Source: an uncultured Gammaproteobacteria bacterium (GTDB taxonomy: Bacteria; Pseudomonadota; Gammaproteobacteria; UBA6002). From it: 64,000 nucleotides of DNA. The DNA lies in assembly GCA_963705725.1 (NCBI GenBank), contig CAVPKM010000007.1:64001-128000 (forward strand), written 5' to 3'. Position 1 is the stretch's first letter; each line of letters begins with the position of its first letter. Below the pieces are notes generated by a model, which saw only the letters and a list, made by a program, of their open reading frames with translations, was not told the origin of the DNA and did no database searches. Below, piece by piece: positions 9,181 through 19,444 of the stretch. Made by a program: the position numbers and the translations under genes.

Positions 9181-9912
9181 ATGAAAAATCATCTGCATTT
9201 ATGCCATAATTTATGGTCAAAATTTTTTATTGCTACATTCATTGTTTCAACATTAGCTCTATCCTATCAGTCTCAAGCTGAAAATAAATCTCCCTCCACT
9301 TTACAAACTAAAGCTTTAGCTAATGTGAAATTACCTAATCCTGTCTATAGTAGCCATACATCAATTGAAGAGGCTTTAAAAAAACGTCGATCAATCAGGG
9401 AGTACAAAAATAACCCTATCACATTGCAACAATTAGCTCAGTTACTTTGGGCTGCGCAAGGTATTACTTCTGCTAAGGGATTTAGAACAGCCCCTTCAGC
9501 AGGCGCTTTATATCCTATCGAAATTTATGTTCTGAGTGGAAATGTTAAAGGTTTAATGCCAGGTGTGTATCGTTATCTCCCTAAAAAGCATGTGCTGGAG
9601 CTTCTAGCTAAAGACGATATCCGTTCAAAATTAGCAACAGCAACTTTTAATCAAAGTGGTGTGACTAATGCAGCAGCAGATATCCTCATTACTGCAGCCT
9701 ATGCAAGAACCACTGCTAAATATGGAAATCGTGGAGAACGGTTTGCACAAATGGAAGCAGGCCAGGTAGCAGAAAATATATGCTTACAAGTCACTTCACT
9801 AGGACTTGGAACAGTCACAATTGGTGTCTTCAATGATTCAAAAGTTAAAGCGTTAATGAATTTTTCCAAAGATGAATATCCATTATATATTATGCCGGTA
9901 GGAAAAATATAA
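9181..9912 (+). CDS. SagB/ThcOx-like nitroreductase-family protein with N-terminal signal/anchor
   Basis: KRRSIREY, RTAPSAGALYPIEIY, EAGQVAEN; hydrophobic N-terminus ending SQA. Confidence 0.88.
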   Translation: MKNHLHLCHNLWSKFFIATFIVSTLALSYQSQAENKSPSTLQTKALANVKLPNPVYSSHTSIEEALKKRRSIREYKNNPITLQQLAQLLWAAQGITSAKGFRTAPSAGALYPIEIYVLSGNVKGLMPGVYRYLPKKHVLELLAKDDIRSKLATATFNQSGVTNAAADILITAAYARTTAKYGNRGERFAQMEAGQVAENICLQVTSLGLGTVTIGVFNDSKVKALMNFSKDEYPLYIMPVGKI

Positions 9913-9920
9913 ATTAATAT

Positions 9921-9956
9921 ATCCTCTTAAGTTGCATGCGATTAACTTAAGAGGAT
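9921..9956. terminator. 13-bp perfect stem-loop after the nitroreductase gene
   Basis: ATCCTCTTAAGTT / AACTTAAGAGGAT. Confidence 0.6.
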
Positions 9957-10132
9957 GAAACTAGGACGCCGACCAGCTGCTTTCATTTGAATATTGTTGA
10001 ATAAAATAAATTTATGAAATCTGGAGTTTTAAACGATCCAGAAAATTTTAAGAGAACAAACTTTATAAATTTTTTTTGAACAGAGGGGTGTCATAACAAT
10101 AACCAAGAAAAATATGAAAAAAAGGAAATGAA

Positions 10133-10804
10133 ATGAAAGTATTAATGATATTAACTTCTCATGACCAATTAGGCGATACCGGTCAAAAAACTGGGTTTTG
10201 GCTCGAAGAATTCGCTGCACCTTATTATGTTTTTAAAGACGCCGATATCGAACTAACTTTAGCTTCACCCAAGGGTGGGCAACCTCCAATCGATCCCAAA
10301 AGTGACTTGCCTGAAAATCAAACTGCAGCAATTCAAAGATTTAAGAAAGATGATGAAGCAAACAAAGCACTTTCACAAACAGTAACGTTAACGGATCTAA
10401 AAGCAGAGGATTTCGATGCTATCTTTTATCCCGGCGGTCATGGTCCGATGTGGGATCTTGCCGAAAATTTAATTTCTATCAAACTTCTCGAATCTTTTTA
10501 TAGTCTTGGAAAACCCGTTGCTTTAGTTTGTCACTCTCCCGGAGTCCTTCGCCATGTCATGAATAAAGGTATACCTCTGGTAAAAGGAAAACGTGTAACG
10601 GGTTTTGCTAATAGTGAAGAGGCAGAAATCAAGCTCACCACCGTTGTTCCTTTTCTTGTGGAAGATGAATTAAAGAGATTAGGAGGATGTTACGAAAAGG
10701 CTTTAAATTGGCAAAGTTTTGTTGTTATTGATGGGCATCTTATTACAGGTCAAAATCCTGCTTCTTCTGCAGCAACTGCTGAAGCATTACTGAAAATGCT
10801 ATAA
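10133..10804 (+). CDS. DJ-1/PfpI (type 1 glutamine amidotransferase-like) protein
   Basis: TGFWLEEFAAPY, PGGHGPMWDL, VCHSP, TGQNPASS. Confidence 0.93.
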   Translation: MKVLMILTSHDQLGDTGQKTGFWLEEFAAPYYVFKDADIELTLASPKGGQPPIDPKSDLPENQTAAIQRFKKDDEANKALSQTVTLTDLKAEDFDAIFYPGGHGPMWDLAENLISIKLLESFYSLGKPVALVCHSPGVLRHVMNKGIPLVKGKRVTGFANSEEAEIKLTTVVPFLVEDELKRLGGCYEKALNWQSFVVIDGHLITGQNPASSAATAEALLKML

Positions 10805-10922
10805 TTTCGGAGTATAGCAAGAAGTTTGGATAAAACTTTGTTATTCTATGCTGTTTATCAATTTAAAAACGTTTTGGTATACCTTTGTGGCTTATGCTAG
10901 AGCAAGAAGAGTAGGGGAAGCC

Positions 10923-11444
10923 ATGATATTAAAGACTGCAAGGATAGACACAGTTTTAGGCCCGATGATTGCTATATCCGATGATACATCACTTTACTTG
11001 CTAGAATTTGTTACCAGAAGAGGATTAGAGCGAGAGGTAGAGCGCTTAAGGCATCGAGGGTTTGCCATGGTTCCTGGAAATGCCTTGCCACTTACCTCCA
11101 TAGAAACTGAGTTAGCAGCCTATTTTGAAGGAAAGCTTACTCAATTTAAAACACCATGCCGGACATTTGGTAGCCCTTTTCAGCAATTAGTATGGCAAGT
11201 GCTATGCCAAATTCCTTATAGCGAAACGAGAAGTTATGCAGAGCAATCGATTTGTTTGGGAAAACCAAGCGCATACCGCGCTGTCGCCAATGCGAATGGA
11301 GCCAATCAATTAGCAATTATTATTCCTTGTCATCGCGTTATTGCAAGTGATGGCTCACTGGGTGGGTATGGCGCTGGGTTAGCGGTAAAGCAATGGTTGA
11401 TTGAACATGAAAAACGACATAAAAAAGTATTAAAAAGTGAGTAA
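10923..11444 (+). CDS. ogt: Methylated-DNA-protein-cysteine methyltransferase
   Basis: RAVANAN...IIIPCHRVI active site; GGGGA RBS favours ATG 10923. Confidence 0.9.
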   Translation: MILKTARIDTVLGPMIAISDDTSLYLLEFVTRRGLEREVERLRHRGFAMVPGNALPLTSIETELAAYFEGKLTQFKTPCRTFGSPFQQLVWQVLCQIPYSETRSYAEQSICLGKPSAYRAVANANGANQLAIIIPCHRVIASDGSLGGYGAGLAVKQWLIEHEKRHKKVLKSE

Positions 11445-11455
11445 AGGTAATAGGT

Positions 11456-12706
11456 TTATTGTCGAATCAATCGGAAATTCAAGCCAGGTAAATTGACTTT
11501 CTCTGTCGTTCGATAAGGATTAATATCTAAGCCACCGCGTCTTGTATAACGTCCATAAACCGTGAGTTTTTCTGGGCTGCAACGATTCATGATATCCATA
11601 AAAATGCGCTCAATGCATTGCTCATGAAATTCATTATGATTACGAAAAGAAACAAGATACTGAAGCAAACCTTCTCGATTGATTTGTTTTCCAGTATATG
11701 CAATTTGCACACTACCCCAGTCTGGTTGATTTGTGACTAAGCAATTAGACTTTAATAAGTCAGAATACAAAATTTCTTCTACCGTGTTATCTTTTACCGA
11801 GAGATAATTGGGTTCAACAAGATAGACGGAGCAAGTCACATCTAGGTCATCAATACACTCGCCTTTTGGCGCTGATTGAATTGTAGCAAGCGTTTTTTCT
11901 TTTAAAGATAGCAGTCTTACCTGAACCTCTCCATTTACACGGGAGCTCAAATCACGTTCGACAGTCAACCTAACTTCTTCGCTGTTGGTAAACTGTGTGT
12001 TATTGAACGAATTAAAATAAAGTTTCAATGATTTTGACTCAATTAAATTGTCTGTTGCACAATCTAAATTAATGTTAGCAATCGCAACAATGGGTTTGCC
12101 TTTTTTATTGAGCCATGACACTTCATAATGATTCCAACAATCAAAACCATAAAAAGGAAGATTTTGGGGGTCAACGCCAATTTCTTTCCGTTTGGACTCC
12201 CTTGGAATTGCAAATAACCGTTCTGGATTATAATGCAAATCATAGCTGGATGACTGACCTAATTCAGATTGTCTAAGACCAGCTTGATATCGTTTTTCTA
12301 ATGTTTCATTCATACGCTGACTCTCCAAAATATTGATAATTTGTAATGAACTATACCAGTTCACAAGTACTCCTGCCTTAATCTGATTGGCAATATAGAT
12401 CGTAAGCCTTGCAGCCTCATGGATACAATGTGCTTTCTCCTTCAAAGCTTCCGCCTGAAGGTGCATAGAAGGCAACACCTCAAACTCAGGCCGTTCTAAA
12501 ATTTTTTTAATGGAATCTAATGAAAACCCTAGGAATTTTAAAGTGGCCACTTGTTGTAATCGGATTACATCCTCATCTGAGTACAAGCGATAACCTGCAT
12601 CAGTTCGAAAAGAGGGTTTTAACAAACCAATCTCATCGTAGTATTGCAACGAACGAATACTTAATGCCGTCATTTGACTGATATCTTTAATTTTATGGTA
12701 TTTCAT
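11456..12706 (-). CDS. queF: MerR-family HTH fused in frame to NADPH-dependent 7-cyano-7-deazaguanine reductase QueF
   Basis: N-terminus IRSLQYYDEIGLLKPSFRTDAGYRLYS (MerR). C-terminus ESKSLKLYFNSF, KSNCLVTNQPDWG, HNEFHEQC, YTRRGGLDINPYR (bimodular QueF). AGGAGT RBS supports start 12706. Confidence 0.92.
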   Translation of the reverse strand: MKYHKIKDISQMTALSIRSLQYYDEIGLLKPSFRTDAGYRLYSDEDVIRLQQVATLKFLGFSLDSIKKILERPEFEVLPSMHLQAEALKEKAHCIHEAARLTIYIANQIKAGVLVNWYSSLQIINILESQRMNETLEKRYQAGLRQSELGQSSSYDLHYNPERLFAIPRESKRKEIGVDPQNLPFYGFDCWNHYEVSWLNKKGKPIVAIANINLDCATDNLIESKSLKLYFNSFNNTQFTNSEEVRLTVERDLSSRVNGEVQVRLLSLKEKTLATIQSAPKGECIDDLDVTCSVYLVEPNYLSVKDNTVEEILYSDLLKSNCLVTNQPDWGSVQIAYTGKQINREGLLQYLVSFRNHNEFHEQCIERIFMDIMNRCSPEKLTVYGRYTRRGGLDINPYRTTEKVNLPGLNFRLIRQ

Positions 12707-12723
12707 TTTGACTCCTGAATTGG

Positions 12724-12754
12724 AGTTTATGCTATCACGCAAGGTGAAGGTCAA
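12724..12754 (-). promoter_or_regulatory. MerR-type promoter/operator
   Basis: TTGACC-19 bp-TAAACT with the dyad TCAC-CTTGC-GTGA in the spacer. Confidence 0.85.
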
Positions 12755-12841
12755 GAAAAATTATGAGGAAAAAGCCAGGTCAGTGTTTTTCACTGGGTAG
12801 TGTTAGGTAAATAATTTATGGTACAGTCGTTACGAGAAAGC

Positions 12842-13350
12842 AAAATAAGCTAACCTTAATTTTTCACATTGCTTTTTTTAAAAAATCTGCCACTATAGGA
12901 CACACGAGCGGGAAATTCCCGCCCGTGCGGAACCACTAAGGTGTTAGCGCGCCTAAGGGGTTCTAGCCACAAATTAACCTAACAACACGAGGTTAACTCA
13001 TGACTAACACTAGAATATCACCTATTTGCGCAAACGCGCAAAGTCCTTTTTCTTATTCCTCCCATTTTTTGCCAAACACAAAAGCAAATTCTACCCGTAA
13101 ACCCTCGGTTAGCCGTGAGCATTTGTGGCCGGCGACAGTTTGCTTAGTTTGGCAAGAGGGGTGGATGTTCTCAAGTAACAGGACAATATTCTAAGCAGAG
13201 GGGGATTGATGGCGGGTTGGCTTACTTCCCGCCTTCAATTTTTGAACACAAACCATTGTGCTCAACCTCTCTGCTGTGTTCAGACCTGTAGATAGGTTTT
13301 GCACTGCATTAAGGAAAATCTATGCAGTCGCCTTCAATTCGAAGCGAAAT
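12842..13350 (+). ncRNA. Structured ~500-nt leader element, copy 1 (orphan; ends after the first codons MQSPSI)
   Basis: Colinear with 19445-19947; conserved promoter-like start, several hairpins with compensatory changes, embedded 64-codon ORF 13000-13194. Confidence 0.55.
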
Positions 13351-14174
13351 TTCCAATCTTGAGGAAGTGCTATAGATGAAGAGGAAATCATTCAGTTATT
13401 CAAGAATCAATCAACAATTGATCCCTATACCAATAAAGTTGTAAAAGCGAAATCTGAATGTGAAGGTCGTCCCATAACACTGTTTGGTTTTCCTAACAGA
13501 GAGCGTGCGGCAAGAATTGAACTTAAATGGCACAAAAAAGTCATCCATAAGTTTTTTAGAGTGGGTGAGCCCTTAGCAGAAGGAAAACAATCAACACCAT
13601 TTTTAATATGGTTAACAACTGTATTGAACAAAAGCATCAAAACCCCATTCCTATCCAAGGCTACTCTAGGCGCAGCTTTATTATTGCGAGTCTAAAATTC
13701 TTACGCATTATGGCGATATGCCAGAATTAATTTTCATGTTGGGGATGACTAAAATTAAACTACTCGAGTAAATTCCGTGACGCAAAGGCAGAAGGGGATT
13801 TAAAATGAGGGCTCCCAATTATGGACATTGCATATGGTGAGGATGTATTAATAGGCTTTCGAACTTTATCATGCCTAAAAGGGATAGAAATCCAGATAAC
13901 CCGCAAGTGCGCTATAAAAAATTTCTTGAGATTTTTAAAGAACGATTAGCTACGATGGAGCCTTTTAGCCATTTGGATTTGAACAAATATGGAAATATCC
14001 TGATTGGTGTAGAGCCGGAGGCAAATGAATCTGATGAAAAAACACAAAACAACCTTCATCTGTTAAGGAGCATTATAATCAATCAGGTTTTTCTAACCTG
14101 ATAAGATTTGAATTTGTGAGCCATTATATTTCCTTCTAACTAGATAGTTGTGAATAGTGAAAAACATGAACGAA

Positions 14175-14637
14175 TTTTTTGCTACTCTCCTGAAATTTGT
14201 CGCGCGATTTATACTACGAATGCAGTTGAATCCGTGAATATGAGTCTTCGGAAGGTCATTAAAAGTAAGCGCGTTTTTCCTTCGGATGATGCCGCTTTGA
14301 AGCAGCTATATTTAGCGTTTAAAAATATTTCAAAAAAATGGACAATGCCAATACGAAATTGGGGTGATGCCATGAATCGTTTTATGATTCTGTTCGAAGG
14401 CAGGCTAAAAGGGGCGATTTAGTTTAAGAACTGATTTAAAATTTTGTGCCTTCGATCGCCTGTGGATATATGCACAAACTGACTCGTTGCACTCGTCAGT
14501 ATTGCGCACATACCCACAGGCACAATAATTTTATTTGTTTATTTAAAAAATTTTTGTTATTTTAATTTCGCTATCTGGAATTCGGTAGCAAAAAATCTGC
14601 TGACTCAACCTGCTTACACAAAATTATTTACGCTACC
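14175..14637 (+). mobile_element. IS256 3' fragment including the right IR
   Basis: Near-identical to ~3550-4013. Confidence 0.92.
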
Positions 14638-14669
14638 AATATTATTTCTATAAAAATTAAAGAGTTATC

Positions 14670-16154
14670 TTGATATTAAAATTTAAAATCTTTTTTTTTG
14701 TATTTTTAGCCACAATTTTTTGTAATTGTTCTGCAAATACAGCTGAAAGTAAAACAAAACATTACCTATTAAAGCCTAGTGGTGAATATTGCGTATCTTT
14801 TGAAGATATACATCTATTAAATACCACTCTTTGTCCTGACCCAAATTTTAATGGTAAGAATGATGCGGACTTTAGCTCAGGGAATAAAGTGCACTGCCAT
14901 GAAATCATGGTCAGGATATATTATCCTACTAGAGAGTTAAATCAAAAAGCACCTTACAATTCTCCTTTTATTAAACAGTTGCAGGATAATATTAAAAACT
15001 CTAAGGATGGCTCTATAAATTTGCAACAGTCCTTAAATGAAATTTATAGTAATACATCTGAAAAAAAATCGGCTATTGATAATAAAGCCTTCCCGATTAT
15101 TTTTTTTAGCCCGGGTTTAGGTTGTTCTGTACAAACTTACGAGAACATTATTACTGAGCTAGTCAGTCATGGATATATTGTGGCTGGAGTGAATACCCCC
15201 TTTTTAAGCGGTAGTATTGAACTCCCTAATCATTATATTGTTAAACCAGTCATACCCCGTTCTACGGATGAGATTGAGAAGTCTTTTATCAATATACAAA
15301 GTAAGGATCTGGAGTTTTGTATTAATAATATTAAAAATTGGAAACATTTACGTGCATATAAAAATATGGACTTTATACACGTAGGCGCTTTTGGACATTC
15401 CATTGGCGGTAGAATTGTAGCAAATTTAACTCATTCGCAATCAAATAAGCTACAAGCCGCAGCTGCTATGGATACGGCAATCGATCCTTCAGGAGATTCG
15501 TTGAGAGGATTTGCTATCCCTTTTATGCATGAAATTGCGGCAAATAAGCTCTCAATTTCCTCATCTCCCTTAAGCTTTGTGCTAAATCAAAATGGCTTTT
15601 TGGTTCATATCTCACCTAGCCCTAATGATAAAAATTACAGTTACCACATGAATTTCTCAGATTTTTCCACCTTACAATATCAGCCAGCTGTTAAGGTTTT
15701 TCTTAATTCTTTGAAACAAAATTCGGAGAAGGATTTTAATATCAAAATTCATCAAAATTCAGTCAATGATGAAATATCACTTGGTTTGGATGAGGAGACT
15801 TATCTTTTAGCTAAAAGAAATAGCAAATGGGAATTAACATACTACAAAGGAAGAAAGAAAATAATAGATCTTGATATTATGAATATTAAAGGACTCAGTG
15901 CGCTGCTAGCCCCTTTAAACAAGCCTAAAGAGTTGAACGCTGCAAGATTAAAACAAGTTAAATTCTCTTTAACTTGTTTTAGAAAAAACATGAATGAACT
16001 AGTGGGTATAGGCAATGGCTGGGAGCTAACAAAATCTATTAATACCCATTTGATAGCTTTTTTTGATACTTTTTTAAAAGGGCAAGATAATATATCATTC
16101 AAGCAGTGTCAGCCCTTAACAACGAATGTTTATATTAAATGTAACCTAAGGTGA
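14670..16154 (+). CDS. Exported alpha/beta hydrolase (PAF-acetylhydrolase-like)
   Basis: Signal-like N-terminus, RIYYP, FSPGLG, ELVSHGYIV, GHSIGG nucleophile elbow, HMNFSD. Confidence 0.8.
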   Translation: MILKFKIFFFVFLATIFCNCSANTAESKTKHYLLKPSGEYCVSFEDIHLLNTTLCPDPNFNGKNDADFSSGNKVHCHEIMVRIYYPTRELNQKAPYNSPFIKQLQDNIKNSKDGSINLQQSLNEIYSNTSEKKSAIDNKAFPIIFFSPGLGCSVQTYENIITELVSHGYIVAGVNTPFLSGSIELPNHYIVKPVIPRSTDEIEKSFINIQSKDLEFCINNIKNWKHLRAYKNMDFIHVGAFGHSIGGRIVANLTHSQSNKLQAAAAMDTAIDPSGDSLRGFAIPFMHEIAANKLSISSSPLSFVLNQNGFLVHISPSPNDKNYSYHMNFSDFSTLQYQPAVKVFLNSLKQNSEKDFNIKIHQNSVNDEISLGLDEETYLLAKRNSKWELTYYKGRKKIIDLDIMNIKGLSALLAPLNKPKELNAARLKQVKFSLTCFRKNMNELVGIGNGWELTKSINTHLIAFFDTFLKGQDNISFKQCQPLTTNVYIKCNLR

Positions 16155-16285
16155 ATTAGATTACACTAACCAAAAAATTTATGATGATTGTCAAGAGATC
16201 AGTCATTTGTATCTGGGAAACAAATTTTAAAAGTATCTGAAATGTAATTGATATGATAGAAATATCTGTTACTACTCTTTGGGAT

Positions 16286-17107
16286 TTACAGTTTAGCTAC
16301 AAGATTCTGTCCGGCTGATTTTAATTCTTGATCAGTTTTTTCTCTTTGAATGACTTCCCCTGATTCTGCCCAGAATTGATGATGCCAGGTATCATATATA
16401 TTCCAATCTCCCTTTGAAAAAGATTCATTTTCTTGAGTAAGCATTAACCAAGCTATAAATTTAGCGGCTATTTGAGGTGGCAATAATTCACTTCGATTAA
16501 AAAACCCTTGAAAAATATTAAGGGAAGGTAATTGATTTTTATTGGCAAGGCGTAGATTTTTTTGAATGTCTGTTTCAATAATGCCAGGCATGACGGATCC
16601 AAAGACTACATTTTGAGCTTGAAATTCCGCATTGAAATACTCTTTAAGCATAAGTAAGGCAGATTTGGTTATTCCATAAGCAGCCATACCTGGCAGTGGA
16701 TGGTGAGCAAGTCCAGATGAAATATGCAAGACACGACCGCCATCTTCTAAGTGGGGAAGTAATAACTGTGTTAAACGCAGTGGTGCTTTTACATGCAATT
16801 CATAATGCAAATCCAAGATGCTGTTATCCATTACCCGAAGAGGAGAGGGTATGGCAACCCCTGCATTATGAATCAAAAATATTCCTTTCTCGGTTATAGA
16901 ATTTTTAATTTTTTGTCTATCCTGATCTTGAGTCATATCACCATCAATAATTTCAATTAAATGAGGGTACAATGCCTGTAAACTTTTTAATAATCGTTCA
17001 TTGCGCGCAACTGCGATCACTCTATGCCCCATGGAAGCAAATTTGATGCTGAGAGCTCTTCCGATTCCTCTGCTTGCACCTGTGATGATAACTGTTTTAT
17101 TTTTCAT
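16286..17107 (-). CDS. Short-chain dehydrogenase/reductase
   Basis: TGASRGIG, HNAG, SSG, YGITK. Confidence 0.92.
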   Translation of the reverse strand: MKNKTVIITGASRGIGRALSIKFASMGHRVIAVARNERLLKSLQALYPHLIEIIDGDMTQDQDRQKIKNSITEKGIFLIHNAGVAIPSPLRVMDNSILDLHYELHVKAPLRLTQLLLPHLEDGGRVLHISSGLAHHPLPGMAAYGITKSALLMLKEYFNAEFQAQNVVFGSVMPGIIETDIQKNLRLANKNQLPSLNIFQGFFNRSELLPPQIAAKFIAWLMLTQENESFSKGDWNIYDTWHHQFWAESGEVIQREKTDQELKSAGQNLVAKL

Positions 17108-17442
17108 TATGATTTCTCAAGTTATTCAATAAATTCTTTCATAATTTTGGTGTTCTTGAAGTTATGCTATGATGACCAAAGTAAGAGATTCCCTTTTCAA
17201 ATTCAAGAACAAGATTATCCTGATCTATTCAGGTTGAAACTTATTATTCTGATGACGATAATCTATTGCTAATTGCTACCTATGAGCAAAAAACTGTTGA
17301 AACGATAGTCTGTAATAGGCTGCTGAACCGTTCTATTTGGGAAAAATGGATTTCATGAAATTTCGAGGGATAACTTACCTATATGATGAAAAAAATAATT
17401 TTATGATAGATTGGATTAGTTTTTATAAGAGAGGGCTAGAGA

Positions 17443-18100
17443 ATGAATAAAGAATATTGGCATAGAAAATGGCAATTTAAAGAAATTGGTTTTAATCAAT
17501 TACAACCAAATAAACTTATGCAACAATATTTTTTCTTTTTTAAAACTGGTTCCTGGCAATTCTATTTTTATTCCCTTGTGTGGCCAAAGTCTTGATATGA
17601 TTTGGCTTGCAGAGCAAGGTTACCAAGTCATTGGCGTTGAGCTTAGTCAGATTGCTTGTGATGCTTTTTTTGAGGATAATAAAATTCCTGCCAAAATAAC
17701 GAAGCTCGAAGACTTTATTCTCTATTCTAGTGGTAACATTCGGATTTTTTGTGGTGATTTTTTTAGGATCAATCAAGCAATTCTCGGTAAAATTGATGGA
17801 ATCTATGATAGGGCAGCTTTGATTGCTTTGCCCACAAAAGTTCGCCAATCTTACTCTGAGCATTTAATTAAACTAATGACAGAAAAAACGGTCCTATTTT
17901 TAATTACTATGATGTACGACCAAGAAGAGTTGCAGGGGCCGCCATTCTCTGTTGATCAGGAAGAGATTATTGCGCTGTATGCCGCTCATTTTGATATTAA
18001 TCAGTTGTACAGTAAATCATTTGAAATACCCGCATATCTTCAGGATAAAGGATTACATTACGCTACGGAGCAAGTCTATTTGTTAACTCGTGGAAAATAG
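17443..18100 (+). pseudogene. tpm: Thiopurine S-methyltransferase, frameshifted
   Basis: ATG 17443 reads MNKEYWHRKWQFKEIGFNQ..., then the frame changes in a T-run near 17530 into PLCGQSLDM, GVELS, GDFF, YDRAAL, GPPFSV. The 3' end abuts an IS fragment. Confidence 0.8.
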
Positions 18101-18411
18101 CGGCAATTCTCAAAATGGATATTCAGAAAAAACTTTAAAGGCGAAAATGGTGAATTTACTATCCAGGTACCGAGAGATCGAAATGCAGATTTTTCTCCCC
18201 AGATTGTTGCTAAGAACCCAACGCGTTTTGAAGGGTTTGATGACAAAATCATAGCCTTTATGCGAGAGGGATGACGACACGTGATATACAGGGGCAATTG
18301 CAAGAGCTCTATGGCGTAGAAGTCTCTGCTACTTTCATTCCAATGTGACCAACGAAATCATTGAGGAAGTGAAAACTTGGCAGTGTCGTCCCTTGGATAA
18401 ACTTTATCCCA
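18094..18411 (+). mobile_element. Degraded internal IS256 transposase fragment
   Basis: Matches ~2752-3074 with several 1-bp deletions. Confidence 0.9.
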
Positions 18412-18664
18412 GGCCTATTTTTAAAGCCATGAACCCGATACTGAGACAAACTTTTTTACTTCATCCTGAAGCAAGTAAAGTTCTGCTTAAATTAGTTAAA
18501 GAGCACAATTTCCCCTTAATAAACTTAATTCCGGAAGAGGAACGTCTGATTTGCTATTTGCAGGAACCTGCAGATCTTTTGTTTTATCCAAAACTTGCTT
18601 AGGAGTTGGTTAATTTGATTTGTCATTATCCAGTGATAACTTTTTCGCCTTAAGATGAGATAAA

Positions 18665-18808
18665 TTTATTGCTAGAAAAAACTATTCGTTAATGAGCAGA
18701 ATTGGAATATCGCAATAGGATGTAAAAACATTTAAAGAAAATATCTCTCTCAGAAAATCACTGTATTTTCTTGATCCCGTTGGACACAAGCTTGAAATCC
18801 AGAAATGA
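18665..18808 (+). pseudogene. Remnant of a FosA/FosX-like VOC protein
   Basis: Reads VKTFKENISLRKSLYFLDPVGHKLEIQ, matching the YFLDPDGHKLE C-terminal motif; in-frame stop upstream. Confidence 0.5.
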
Positions 18809-19007
18809 GAATAGCTGTTAAAAAAATCGGATGCTGGTCATTAGAAAAATGTAGAGTGGTTTGTATGAGCCCCAAAAATCATTGGTATTAGTGGCAATAT
18901 GGGTGCTGGAAAAACAACTCTCGCCCACACTCTTCAACAAGATTTACAATCAATTCGGAGTTAAAATCAGCGCAAAGTTTCCTATGCATCATGTCTTTAT
19001 TTCCAAA

Positions 19008-19406
19008 TCAATCAGATACCATAGATGGATGATGAGTAAATTCAACCTCATTGCCTGAGGGATCAAGGATACTAAAAGCTTTTGTTCCAATGCCAAACGT
19101 CTTAGGTTCATCCAGAATTATAACAGGGTATTGTTTGATATATTGATACCAGGCATCCACATCCTGTGGGCAGCTAATGGCAAAACCAAAGTGCTCGAGT
19201 CTTTGAGGTTGAGCAAAATTTGCAGTGTCACCTTGATGCAAAGAAATGTTATCTTCGCTGGAGGTTAAATAGGCATAATCGTTTGTTTCATGCTCGAGCG
19301 TCATTCCAATGATATTTGTATAAAAATCAATGCATTCCTGTAGATTATTGACGCGCAGTGCAATGTGTCTAAGCCCTCTCATTTTTGGCTTTGTATTTGC
19401 ATTCAT
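19008..19406 (-). CDS. VOC/glyoxalase-family protein
   Basis: LRHIALRV...FYTNIIG, HFGF, DPSGNEVEF. Confidence 0.9.
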   Translation of the reverse strand: MNANTKPKMRGLRHIALRVNNLQECIDFYTNIIGMTLEHETNDYAYLTSSEDNISLHQGDTANFAQPQRLEHFGFAISCPQDVDAWYQYIKQYPVIILDEPKTFGIGTKAFSILDPSGNEVEFTHHPSMVSD

Positions 19407-19444
19407 TGCTTAATCCTTTCTCTTGAGTAATGAGAAGGCAGGAA

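Noticed and set aside
9181-9912. Nitroreductase as a cyclodipeptide oxidase (AlbA-like) partner of the CDPS
   Set aside because: Lies 10 kb away, appears exported, has no AlbB-like partner and fits the standalone SagB-like family.
12795-12822. GGTAGTGTTAGGTAAATAATTTATGG as an IS256 end
   Set aside because: Only partial similarity to the IR, needs a gap, and has no adjacent IS sequence.
13000-13194. 64-aa ORF as a SymE or type I membrane toxin
   Set aside because: No hydrophobic helix or SymE motif; its conservation is explained at least as well by RNA pairing, so it is left as a possible uORF.
13350-14170. Open stretches after leader copy 1, including ORF 13871-14101
   Set aside because: Fragmentary, unrecognised and bounded by an IS fragment.
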